From NCBI GenBank assembly GCA_964016885.1, contig OZ024740.1:331328001-331392000 (forward strand): 64,000 bases of DNA, written 5' to 3'. Positions 50,064 to 62,569 of the stretch are shown one piece after another; position 1 is the first letter of the stretch, and each line of letters starts with the position of its first letter. The notes under the pieces are model-generated. The model did no database searches, was not told where the DNA came from, and saw nothing but the letters and a program-made list of their open reading frames with translations. The position numbers and the translations under genes were made by a program. The stretch comes from Eledone cirrhosa (taxonomy: Eukaryota).

Positions 50064-50522
50064 TTGTATTAGAATGATATGAAAATATTTTATACACTAG
50101 ATAAAAGATAAAGAAGGAGGTAGGAAGAGAAGGGGAAGAGGGAAGTGAGTAAGGTGGAGGGAGTCTTAGGGTTTAAGACTGTCAGACTAGTAGAGATTGT
50201 GAAGAGAGAATGTTTTGGCAGCAGTTAGCTTAATGAGGCGTGCTAAGGTTGGCTGGGAAGTAGATACTTCTAGTGGTGTTGTTCGGACAAAATTTAGTTA
50301 GAGGGGTCAAAGTGGTACAATGTCACAGACAAGTTATTAGGGCTATTATAGTAGCAGGTTATTTCTAAAGGGGTCCAGAAAAACAGTGTTTAGTACTATT
50401 ATTATAGAAAGCCATATTTAGTGTATAAACATATAAGACAGAAATTTGCAAACGTTGGTGTAAAAAGGTAACATTATATGCATTTAAAAAAAGAAAAAGT
50501 CGTTTTCAAACGATGGTTACAG

Positions 50523-50592
<70 letters not shown>

Positions 50593-50615
50593 TATATATA
50601 TATGTATATATATAT

Positions 50616-51420
50616 GAAACAAAATGAAAACGAAATTTCATTTCTCACTCTTAGTATGGCACTTACTTAAATGTAAGTATGCATGTATACGTACATACAT
50701 ATATGTATACAGACGTACAGTAGCATGCACATATATATATATATATATACATATATACATACATATGCATACAGGTACACATACATATATGCACGTATCA
50801 GTTTAGCGGCGCTTATTATAACGTCGCTTTGTTCGTTTGTAAACAAACTGAACAGCCTGAATTTATGCCATACGGTGTTAAGGCAACCACGTTACCTTTT
50901 TGTTCAACACTGACACAGGAACGATGTACTAGTTTCAAGCTTGTTAGCTATCATCAGCACCGTTTACCCATCTGCCAGATAGTTGAACGTTCGAAAGTAT
51001 ATACTTTCCTTATGAAAATTAACGGCTGAGCAGCCTAATTTGCATATTGAGTGAGTTAAATCGGTCAGGCATACCGAAAACGATAAATTGAAACAAAATG
51101 AAAACGAAATTTCATTTCTCACTCTTAGTATGGCACTTACTTAAATGTAAGTATGTATGTATACGTACATACATATATGTATACAGACGTACAGTAGCAT
51201 GCATATATATATATATATATACATATATACATATATACATACATATGCATACAGGTACACATACATATATGCACGTATCAGTTTAGCGGCGCTTATTATA
51301 ACGTCGCTTTTTCGTTTGTAAACAAACTGAACAGCCTGAATTTATGCCATACGGTGTTAAGGCTGTTCAGTTTATGCCATACGGTGTTAAGGCATAAACT
51401 GAACAGCTTTAACCCATTCG
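50616..51420 (-). mobile_element. ~1.6 tandem copies of a 474-bp hammerhead-containing unit with rearranged/inverted end (putative retrozyme)
   Basis: GAAACAAAATGAAAACG at 50616 and 51090; short inversions at about 51360-51410; (TA)n flanks. Confidence 0.8.
50920..50964 (-). ncRNA. Type I hammerhead ribozyme
   Basis: AACGGUG-CUGAUGA-U AGCU aaca AGCU U-GAAA-CUA-GUA^-CAUCGUU; palindromic helix III ACUAGU. Confidence 0.85.
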
Positions 51421-51441
51421 CTGTTTCGAAAATATTCTTCC

Positions 51442-51493
<52 letters not shown>

Positions 51494-51494
51494 C

Positions 51495-51900
51495 AAAGAG
51501 TCTGTAGTAAGATAACAGGTAGACCATAACGCATCAGAGTACTCGATACTTGGTTTAGTAGAGTGGGTAATATGAAAAGAATCAGGACCCCGGCGGCTTA
51601 GCTCCGGCTGTTTCGGCAGCCAGATCCGAACTAAGCAACCAGTATTAGAACAGCGGGAATCTAGCTGAACTTATGAAGGAGTACAATCCATATATGGACA
51701 TTCAGTCAAAGCCCCCAAAAAGCAAAAATATCTATGAAAAAATTCTTAAATGTTTGTTGATTTCCCTGTCTGTCACGGGGAGTGGTCAGTAATCTGAATA
51801 GTGCATCTAGATTCCCGCCGTTCTAATACCGGTGGCTTAGTTCGGATCTAGCTGTCGAAACGGCTTGAGCTCAGCCGTCGGGGTCCTGAATCTTTTCATA
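51495..51900. mobile_element. Fold-back of a family-B-related pseudo-LTR with decayed or partial variant hammerheads
   Basis: About 51571-51665 is inverted at about 51806-51900; GTCGAAACGGCTTGAGCTCAGCCGTCGGGGTC conserved with family B. Confidence 0.7.
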
Positions 51901-51973
51901 TATATATATATATATATATAAGTTATTCCGGGTTGAATCGGATGTAACCACAGTAAGTAAGGTACTCAATCCT

Positions 51974-52026
51974 GAGCTTCCTGATGATTTCTGCCGAATG
52001 AAACAGTTCCAGTCCTGTAGATGCTC
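51974..52026 (+). ncRNA. Type I hammerhead in a ~110-bp island between (TA)n and (CT)n
   Basis: GAGCTTC CTGATGA T TTC tgcc GAA T GAAA CAG ttccagtc CT GTA GATGCTC. Confidence 0.75.
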
Positions 52027-52027
52027 T

Positions 52028-52144
<117 letters not shown>

Positions 52145-52163
52145 CTCTCTCTCTCTCTCATTG

Positions 52164-52266
<103 letters not shown>

Positions 52267-53671
52267 GAGTTTCAATATTAAAGTTAACGAATAGCGTAGC
52301 ATAAACTAAATTGAAAAATCCAACTCGTCACTAATCAGGGAAAAAGTTCAATTTCCGATTGAACAAAATTCATACCACTTAAGACGGAAATGTACGTGAA
52401 AATTACTTTTCTGAAATAATTGTCTGCGTGTTCATTCAACAATAAATTGATATATCCTTGAAAATGACAGTTGTCAACCATTAATAAAGTGATACGTTTT
52501 CTACAGTCTTACTGGATAATTTAATTCTGATTAAAATAGTAATAAACTATATATGATTGCATCTCACTACATATGAAGTTAATGCTTTCTGTTTATGTTG
52601 ATATACTGTCAAATCTCAAGTTAAAGACGAAGCCAATTTCAGATTAAATAAAGTGATCTTATATTATGAATAAATCAAAGAAATTCTTCGTCAGAAGATG
52701 TCTTTGGATAAAGTCTATAGCATTTTCTTTGCTGTTTAGTCAGTATACTTAAGTATGTTCATGGCTTTCCAGACTTGTAGGAGAAAGTAAGAACAGTTTT
52801 CTCAAACTTGTTACCGGCCCCGAAAGAATACAACTGTATGGGTTACGCTAAAGTCCCTATGCTCCAGGTGGGTGCGTTAAACCAGAAGGCGGTGGATGTT
52901 GTAATGTCTGAAACTATCCTTGTATTTTTTTTTATTTCTATGTCGCTGACTCCCGTAATTTGTTTATAATTGGAAAACATATAGCTCGAATACATTATTG
53001 CAGATATTAAGATTATCTATACCTCTATTTTAAATTAGTCTTTCACCGGGAGTTAGGTAGTGACATTTGTTTTTGTTTATGTTTCGGTAATATTGTATAT
53101 ATATATATATATACTAATTTACATATTTCTCTACACTGTGAATATTATCTGTCTAGAATCTAGACTCTAGATCAAGTCTAACTATCACAGATTTATATCT
53201 GGGATATTGTCTCTCGAGAAGCGGAAGTTTGCTCTCTTGCTTTCTTTTTCTCGATGAGCTGTTTAATTATTAAATAAATTATATTAATCTCTATCGAATC
53301 ATTCACATCTCAAATAAATATTATTAACATTGTATCAGGTAATTCCAAATATTCATAAATAATTGGTCAATGCCATATGCTGGGGTCGTATCTGACGTTC
53401 AATTATGCATTTAGAACAATTCAATCTTAATGTTTGTTATGATATATATTATCTATTCCTTACCAATATAACGTTTAAACGATTCCATATGATTGAAACA
53501 ATAATAGCTGCCGTTCTTATACATGTTGGTCTCATTGTATACGTGTTGTCTTATTCTGAGTTAATCAACCCGGCTAACTGAAACGATGCATAAAGGATCG
53601 ATCGAATATCGTCAAATCGGACCGAGGAAACAATGTTTCCGTTGGTCTTTCCAGTTGTTTGTTAGTACTAT

Positions 53672-53765
53672 CGAACTAGGAATCGAACTAGGAATCGAAC
53701 TAGGAATCGAACTCACAATCTCACGATTGTGAATCCAATTCCCTAACCACTCAGCCACACGCCTT
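53672..53765 (-). mobile_element. tRNA-derived SINE head with a 12-bp tandem triplication
   Basis: Minus strand GTGGCTGAGTGGTTAGG...GAGTTCGATTCC; (TCGAACTAGGAA)x3. Confidence 0.55.
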
Positions 53766-53837
53766 CACCAAACGATGCATATAAGTTACAAATTTATCTA
53801 AATGCATCAAACAATGATCTGTATTTATCCCTTCACA

Positions 53838-54270
53838 GCTCGAGCCGGTGGGGCTGGATCGAGGGGACGGCAAAAGGCCAGATGCATGACCATCTTCCCG
53901 TTCCGCGGTGGCAAACCCCTCCTCTGGGATGCCACTTGTACCGACACTTTCTGCATCCGCAACTTGGTGTAGTCTGCGACTGACCCAGGTTCTGCTGCAC
54001 GTCGGGCTGAGGGGGCCAAACTCCTCAAATACCGGTCGCTCTCCGACAGGTTTGCGGCCGTACCCATGGCAGTGGAGACTTCTCGTGTCCTTGGCCCCAG
54101 GGCTACCTCCTTACTCACAACTATAGGCGCTGAGCTTGCCAGCCGCAGGTGTGAGCCCCGCGAGTTGGAGTGGCTTTTCCAGCGCGTCTCGCTTGCCGTC
54201 CTCCGGGAAAACGCCTTTTCCATTCTGTCCGCCGGGTCTGTGAGTGTACCCCATCGTGTACCGTTGTAGT
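53838..54270 (+). mobile_element. 3' fragment of a CRE-like non-LTR retrotransposon (restriction-like endonuclease domain)
   Basis: GC-rich island encoding LLWDATCTDT..AARRAEGAKLLKY..L...F..VP.AVET..LGP...IG..L...WLFQRVSLAV.R.NA.SIL. Confidence 0.75.
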
Positions 54271-54411
54271 TGTTGTATACAGATATTAACTCATCAAAGT
54301 AAAAAGAGTAGATAACTCGTCTTATCCCTTATAGACTGGATTAGTCTGTTATAAAGACATTATCGTTAGCGTACTCTCCAGAAAAAAGTAAATCAAGTGC
54401 AGTTTCAATTT

Positions 54412-54611
54412 NNNNNNNNNNNNNNNNNNNNNNNNNNNNNNNNNNNNNNNNNNNNNNNNNNNNNNNNNNNNNNNNNNNNNNNNNNNNNNNNNNNNNNNNN
54501 NNNNNNNNNNNNNNNNNNNNNNNNNNNNNNNNNNNNNNNNNNNNNNNNNNNNNNNNNNNNNNNNNNNNNNNNNNNNNNNNNNNNNNNNNNNNNNNNNNNN
54601 NNNNNNNNNNN
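54412..54611. other. Assembly gap (200 N)
   Basis: Run of n, followed by (TA)n. Confidence 1.
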
Positions 54612-54923
54612 ATATATATATATATATTCATATATTTCATTAGGTAAGCAAAACAAGACCACAAATTTTACAAGGAAGACATTATTTAAAGATTGTCAAC
54701 ATATTTTAGTTTGATGTAAGGAATGTAGAAAATAATAATAATAATATTAATAATAATAATGTCAGTTTTAGGCAGATCTCACACAATGCAGCCTCGACAG
54801 AGAATACTGCTCGACTATGGCGGACAATTGATATACCCAGGACACCATAGGGAAATACCAAATATATGGAACATTACATTTCTGTAACACTCTTTCCTTA
54901 TTTTAATTTATATTCCTTTTCAA

Positions 54924-55043
54924 GTTCCGATGAGCTGCTCTATTTTTACCTATGTTAATTATTTTTCAACTGAACCAGATCAATAATGATCTATAATCAT
55001 TTGATCCAGAAATATTATATGGAGTAGCGAAACAATTGTAAAC
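54924..55043 (+). ncRNA. Variant hammerhead (CCGAUGA core, ~80-nt loop II)
   Basis: GTT CCGATGA GCTGCTC...GAGTAGC GAAA CAATT GTA AAC; 7-bp helix II, palindromic helix III, only 3-bp helix I. Confidence 0.6.
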
Positions 55044-55081
55044 GGACATTATTATTATTAATATTAGTATTATTAATATTA

Positions 55082-55197
55082 TGAGTTCAAATCCCGCCGA
55101 GGTTAACTTTGCCTTTCATCCTTACAGCGTCGATAAAAATAAAGTGCCAGTAATGTACTGGGTAATTGCTGGCCTTGTGCCTAAAGTAGAAACAATT
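55082..55197 (+). mobile_element. 5'-truncated SINE
   Basis: B box to 3' end of the family at 3641. Confidence 0.85.
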
Positions 55198-55529
55198 ATT
55201 ATTAATATTATTATTATTATTATTATTCTCTACATTCCTTACTTCAAACTAAAATATGTTGACAATCTTTTAATAATGTCTTCCTTGTGAAATGTGTGGT
55301 CTTGTTTTGCTTAACTAATGCATATTTCCAGCTCTGTGAACCTAACCTCTGCATGAACCCAGCCACCTAGCTGCCTTCCACTGCATATTGCACATTGAGC
55401 ACATGCCTTTACGCTTAGGCTTCTAACTAATTCACCAATCTCTCCTCTCCTATCTCCTCTCCTATCTCCATCTCCTTGAACTGTATATATATATATATAC
55501 GTGTGTGTGTGTGTGTGTATGTTTGTATG

Positions 55530-55572
<43 letters not shown>

Positions 55573-56106
55573 TAATCATATTTTAAAATGGGTTAATCAT
55601 AAATTCAGTTTGCTTAAATTGTATTTGTCATATTTGTCGCCATCACATATATTACATGATCTGTCTAATATTGCTTCAATGTATCGTAAAATAGAAGATA
55701 ATTAAGCACCAAAAAGATAATTTATTTTATTTAACAAAGCATGACAAATAGGCATTAAATATTGTGTATTTAACAATCTTTAATCAGACAGCTACTTGTT
55801 AAAAATAAATTTCATTAGATATGGTGTGTATGAATATTTTAGCTTAAAACATTATTTCTGTAAATTAATTGTGTAATGTCTAAAGTAAAAATGATAAAAC
55901 TATGGGACAGACGTAGAGTGTTGATGTTATAGAGCATTATCTCGCGAAATTGCAGATCTAGTAAATTTGAAAGAGACTTTAAGAAGTACCTGCTTTTCCT
56001 AAAGACGTTACTAATACTTTAAAAGCGGAAATACAATCAGTTGAGGGCTAAAATATCAAGGAATGTTATAACACACGTGAGATTGAAATTTAGATCTCTT
56101 TAAAAT

Positions 56107-56284
56107 AATTGTTTCTACTTTGGTCACAAGGCCAGCAATTACTGGTACTTTCTTTTATCAACCCCGTAAGGATGAAAGGCAAAGTTAACCTCGTCGGGAT
56201 TTGAACTCAGACCGTAAAGGCCCGTATGTCTATGCTGCAAAGCATGGCGTCCGACCCTCTAGGGATACTGCCAATCCACCGCCC
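56107..56284 (-). mobile_element. Full-length SINE with target-site duplication
   Basis: Family match; ATCTCTTTAAAATAAT on both flanks. Confidence 0.88.
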
Positions 56285-57818
56285 TTAAATATCTCTTTAA
56301 AATAATACAAAATGGTAGACACATGCCAGTGAATTAATGTAATGCACACAAACAGAGAAATGCATTATATGATAGTATGCAGCAATCTATTGTATGAGTT
56401 ATCTCAATATCTCTAATCTTCAAATCACTTATTTCAAAACACTTATTTTCTGCTTAAGCCTAGTACTACCCAAAATGAAGGAAGGCCCAATTTTATAAAA
56501 CCATCGTCAATGACTCTTATAGTCTAACACTTGTTAAGAAATGGCATATAGTTTGATTGCTAAAACATAGAGAGTAGACCAAGGAGTACAATTCTAATTC
56601 TAAATAAGCAAAATATACCATATACACCAAATGCGTAGACAGAAAATATATACATCGCAAGCATTTTGAGCAAGTAGTCCTTTCCATATTTTTGCATACA
56701 TCAGGATAAGTACAAACATGTACTTATTCTGATGTATGCAAAAAGTTATCTACATTATATGCTCTCTTCATTACACACAAAATTTCATGTATTATGAAGA
56801 TAACTGTAAATAATATCATATGAAACTCAATTTTGGTTGCTTCTCTATCAGATGTATGTCACAATTATGATGTTCTTAGAAAGAAATACTAATATATTTA
56901 GCATCAGCAACTTTTACTAAAGGTGGTTAGAAAAAAATAATTTAGTTCAGGTGCTTGAGCTCCTTCCATTGCTTATTAATTGAACCGATATGTTATTGGT
57001 TTCTCTTTTATTCCTCAGAATAAGAATACATAACCTACAATCTGTACATTAACATTTCGCTAATGACACACACTCCCACCAAGATTAAACCATTTTATTT
57101 TTTTACACATCTATATACAGGTTTCATTCGCAAGCAAACTATATATATCATGCAGCCGCGCTGGAACCACTTCCAATAGTCGTGTTCCTGAAATGATCAT
57201 AAATATCGAGAATATTATACCTTTTTCTTTTACATATTTTAAGAAAACAGTTATGACGCGTAAACTATCTACTCAAGAAAACACAGTTGAAGCTACCAAA
57301 ACCTCACTTATGTGTACAACTATTAATATGATTTTTAAGATGTAGCATATTGTATTAGAATTTATTAACACATTACCAGTAACGCTCAGTAGAAGAATCG
57401 CATTATTAATTGCTTACGTTTGATTTCTTTCCAATAGTAGGATTGGTTAAAATGTCCGCTGTACATATTATATTTCAACGTATCAATACTTTTGATAAAG
57501 TGGTCCAAATAGACACTTTTATGGAGATCTGTCTAGAGCCCGTTCAATTCTTAATGAAAATAGCTACCGATAACCATTCTTAATATAGAATACTTGAATT
57601 GAGTGACAACGAATACAGTTTTCAGGTATGTTCCATTCAAAGATTGAACATTATAGTTAATTATGTTGATTTAAGGATCGAATACCTCATTAAAAATATA
57701 ATTTCTAAAATGATTATGTAATACATAATTCTCTACAAACATCTAACTGCCTTAATGTTTATAAAATATCTGTTATCTAATCAAATTTCTTGAAAAACAT
57801 TGAAAAACAATTTCCAGT

Positions 57819-57991
57819 AATTGTTTCTACTTTAGGCACAAGGCCAGCAATTACCCAGTGTATTACTGGTACTTTATTTTATCGACCCCGTAAGGATGAA
57901 AGGCAAAGTTAACCTCGGCGGGATTTGAACTCAGAATGGCAAGGGCCGTAACTCAATGCGCCAAAGCATGGCGGCCGACCCTCTACCGATA
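57819..57991 (-). mobile_element. SINE with target-site duplication
   Basis: Family match; ATTTCCAGTA on both flanks. Confidence 0.88.
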
Positions 57992-58861
57992 TGATTTCCA
58001 GTATTACGTTGATGTAAAATGATTTACTTATATTTGGAAATAGCAACATATGAAATAGCAATTTATATTTTCCAATTGTCAAATAATTTTAGAGAATCAA
58101 TAATGAATGTTTTTTTTTCTCTTTTATATTATGCTTTTGTGACATGTAAATAAAATATTAGCTTTCAATAATATTCTAGTTTTTATTTTTTGACTCCATT
58201 GAAATATTAATCCAAGAATTAATTCATCCAAAATAAAATTAAAATTGGGTTTATATCCATATAGCATTTCTTTGATGTTTTAATTGGGAAACACATGATG
58301 TGTTATTTCCATGCTAGTTTTGCAAATACTTGTATCGTGATACCTTGAGATATCCATAATATATATATAGCGGTTAAATATCAACAGTTATATAACATAG
58401 TGTTAAAGTAACTAGGTAATTATATTAGTCATTTCTTTTTTAATTGCCAAAAAACCAATCACATGCGGGTGTCTATTTATATTCTTAACATACGGTGAAT
58501 TACTCTGCTGACGGCAAAATATAATTTATTACAAAATATAATACAGCTTTATGTTCCCAATCTGTGCTTTGCAAAATGCACGGATCAATTAAATTTGAAA
58601 TACCTTAAATAATTAAATATGCTAAGCTAAACGAAAAAGATACTATGAATAGAAAGTATCGTTTATGCGTGAAAAGGAAAATATGACTTGAAATAGCCTC
58701 CACTTTTAACGTGGATTATAGTCAAATGCGCCTAAAATACATTATTTGCTAACAATTTACTATCTGGTTAGATTTGGGGTATATATTTGGAATGAATATT
58801 ATGAATGTATCTAAACCATAGTTCAATGTTTCATTGGGTTATTTCAGCCCCTAAAGTAATT

Positions 58862-59157
58862 AATTGTTTCTATTTTAGGCACAAGGCCAGCAAATACCCA
58901 GTACATTACTGGTACTTTATTTTATCGACCCCGTAAGGATGAAAGGCAAAGTTAACCTCGGCGGGATTTGAACTCAGACCGTAAAGGGACGTAACTATGC
59001 TAGAAAGCATGACGTCCGACCCTCTACCGATACTGCCAATTCGCCGCCCTTAAAGTAATTAATTGTTTGTACTTTAGGCACAAGGCCAGCAAATACCCAG
59101 TGCATTACTGGTACTTTATTTTATCGACCCCGTAAGGATGAAAGGCAAAGTCAACTT
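58862..59157 (-). mobile_element. Full-length SINE (58862-59049) plus adjacent truncated copy (59061-59157)
   Basis: Family match; TAAAGTAATTAAT repeated at both junctions. Confidence 0.88.
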
Positions 59158-60179
59158 CATTAAATAATAGGGTCTGAAAATGAATCTATAAACGCTTAAT
59201 ATGGGAAAGAATATATCTGTAGTCGCTGCATGTGAAACTATGCGGTGTGGTAATGAACTATAGCAGCACTAATGAATGCCGGACTGAGAATGAAACTATA
59301 CGGAGAAATATGAATGTATAGAGACTGGAACGACATTTTAGGGTTGCGATTGAGTGTATAGGAACCGGGAAAGAAACTATGATGAGAGTATAGGGGCTAA
59401 GAATGAATTTAAATAGTCCGAAAGTAAAATATAGCTTCTGGGTGTAACACTGTAGAATTTGGAATGGAAGCTATAAGAGAGGGTTTTATAATGGACTAAT
59501 AAGAGTTTAGAATGTAGATATATTTCCAGTCCCTCCCTACACATGCATTCTTACCCATATAGTTTCAAAGTAAGCCCACCTCTATACATTCATCCATGTC
59601 CCCAGAGGTTCATTCTAAACACTTTCATATTCATTTTGAGACGCTACAGTTAAATTCTTAACTATTATATTTTTATTCACAACTCAACTATTCAACACAC
59701 AGCTCCGATACATTTATTCTTTTGCATATAGTTTCATTCTCAACCTCTACACTTTAATTTTTTCTGTACAGTTTCCTTCTCAGTCGCATAGTTTCATTCT
59801 AAGTCTCTATATTTTCATTCTCTTTTGCTATATTTCCAGTTCACTAATTGTACCATCAACAATGCAGAAATGTGCATCAGAATGTATCTGGAAGAACAGA
59901 ACATCTACAACAAACATGTTTGTCCGTATATTAGTAAGATTTTCCAGAAACTCAATGTTCGGACCAAAAATTATATTTATGTAATTGCCTCATCTTTCAA
60001 AAAATATCTACAAAAATACTGCATCCGAGAAATCGAGGTCAACGTAGAGGCTATGGCGAAGAATATTTGTAATTTACAGATCACAGAGGCCATTCCTTTC
60101 AACCGGTAAAAACCTATTGTTTACAACATATCTGCCAGTCTTTCACACAGTCTTTCACAGAATGAATATTACGAGAATC

Positions 60180-60498
60180 CTTATTAGTTTTTGGTCTGAA
60201 AATATCTATAAGAAGGAGATGCTAGGTAGATGCGAACAGGAGAATTTATCAGCAATCATTCTCAGAAGCAGATGGAAGTGAATAGGGCATGTTCTCAAAA
60301 GATATAGTATCTCAAGAACTAAACTTCACTGGACACCAGAAGGCAAGCATGGAAGGGACAGAAGAGTTGAGGGAGTGATAAAAACTTGGCAACAGCTATG
60401 GGGTGCCATCCTGAAGCTGAACCAGGATAGACAGGAGAAGATGGCCACCTTTGCTACCTTACATGTAAGTGGGCATAACGGGCAGTTTTAGTAGTAGA
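60180..60498 (+). mobile_element. Degenerate RTE-like LINE 3' end
   Basis: RWK*IGHVL...LHWTPEGK.GR, QDR; short (TAG)n tail. Confidence 0.6.
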
Positions 60499-62524
60499 TT
60501 TCTCCTATACGCTGATTAAGTACAAACAATCGTTAATGAAATTTATTTTATAGTATATCACGTGGTGTGATTATTTGCGAGTGGAATACAAGATGTAACA
60601 TGATAATCCTAAATTAATGTCTGACCGCCTTAAAATCTAGCGTTAATATATACTTAACTTTACTGAAAATAAAATCTCATCTATTAATATTTACCCAACA
60701 CGCTGAGAGATAAAATCTCATCGTATCGAGATCAACAGAATGCTTAGCAAATGATGGGTTCTAATTTGGTTGCAAGGATTTTAGGTTTAGATCCCAGCGA
60801 GGGCAACTTTGTTTTACAACTTTCTGGTTGTCTGAAATTAAACACCTGTTTGTATGTAAGGGAGTATTCATTATATCAAATCCTGTATCCGGCTAATGAT
60901 TTATGTTACTGACACCTAGAAGAATAAAAGGAAAATTAGGCTTCGGCGGGATTTGAACATAAGATGACGAAATATATACCGCAAAGTGTTTGTTGGAAAC
61001 TACAACACTCTAATTTTTAACTAATAATGTATTTCAGATGTATCAATTTGCGTCAATATCCCACAACCAATATGACATTATACGAAATGGATAAATCTTT
61101 ATTTCCTCTAACAACATTAAATCTTACTCAAGAATTCATGTATAAAATCTAAAGACAAATGTTGAATAGCCTATTTCGTGTGTGTGGATATTCTAGGTCT
61201 GAAAATTAATATAGAATGTGCAGCTTTGTGAAGGAAACACTATATCTTTAGATCTCTTATCTCACAGAATACAATAAATCTAGACATAGAAATACATTAG
61301 CGGTATATATTATATTCTGGATTGGGTAGACTTAAACACGAACGATAAATATAATCATGAATAGATGACAAGGAAAGAAAATTCATATTTATACACTGTA
61401 TGATCTTCGTTACATCACAAACTATACTCTGGTTGCATGATAAAAACCTCGCCCTATTCATTTTTTTTTATTTTTTGTTTTTTATTTTACTTTGTGGATT
61501 CAGTATTCGGAGATGAATGCTCGCATTTTATTTCAACGGTATAATGTATTTAATTAGTACAACAAAATTCATGAGACTATAAGATGTCACCCGATAAACA
61601 CAACTTATTCGTTTGTATATGTTATTGTTATTGCTATTGATATCATCATCACTCTTATTTGTATTGCGTGCTATAGCTGTATTACCAAGTACAATGTTGT
61701 GGGGTTTGGGCATCTGCTGTGCCGTTTTAGATGTTTTATTTTATTGATAGTACGTTGCATAATATATGAGGAATATCTATGAACACCATGTTTCGTGCGC
61801 ACTGTATATCTTTAAGTCTTGGAATTGGGATTATTAATCCGTCCATGTGTTTTGTATCATTCTTAGATTACCTATCATTGAAAAGTTGGTTTCTGTTTTC
61901 ATCATCGACAACCGGGTTATTTCCAAATCTTCTTATTCGGATAATTCACCATTTCATTCATAGATATATAAACAGTCGCGATTAATATATCAACTAGTAG
62001 GCACTTCTTTTATGTGTATGTGTGTGTGTGCGTGTGTGCGTGTGTGTGTGTGGCGTTTGAGTACAATATTATGCCAGTTGGCATTAATATCCTTGGCTTT
62101 GTGTATTGGCATAGATAAGAATTTCGTTGATGTACCAAACACTGATACAGTTTCAGGTGTATGACGACACCACTTCTTTTTGTTAGTATTTCGTAGAGTG
62201 GGCTTGAGTTCGAGTGTATGCAAAAGCCAACTTCGTGTGTTTATATATATATTAAAATAATAGATTAAATTTTAAGCAAAGAATCGCTGCTTACCCCCTT
62301 AGCGGGATCTTCTGAAACTAAAAAAAATAAATCTGTGAACGCAGAAGTAAATATTTCGAAAAGTTTGTAACTGAAGGAAAACAGGTAGACGATACTTTGG
62401 TTCGTGAAGACGTTCCCTGGCAAAGAACGGGAAAAAGCGAAGATAATACGTCATTATGTGGAGCGTAGAGAACAATTACACGTAAAGATAAAACCACGTT
62501 TATAGTATGAATGAAGTAGTAATG

Positions 62525-62562
<38 letters not shown>

Positions 62563-62569
<7 letters not shown>

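Larger units (their letters stand above)
46882..50525 (-). mobile_element. Apparently intact, young Penelope-like retroelement (Naiad-type) inserted in (TA)n
   Basis: Uninterrupted ORF; direct repeats about 46882-47508 and 49898-50525 nearly identical, the upstream copy including the last ~50 nt of the ORF (pseudo-LTR/partial-tandem architecture). Confidence 0.93.
54633..55325 (+). mobile_element. Non-coding element with inverted arms and a variant hammerhead, interrupted by a SINE
   Basis: About 54633-54745 is the reverse complement of about 55210-55325. Confidence 0.65.

Noticed and set aside
52772-52872. Possible exon between ttccag and caggtgggt
   Set aside because: Stops in all three frames; no other support for a host gene
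61528-62223. Short non-repetitive minus-strand ORFs
   Set aside because: No recognisable motif; interrupted by stops and a microsatellite
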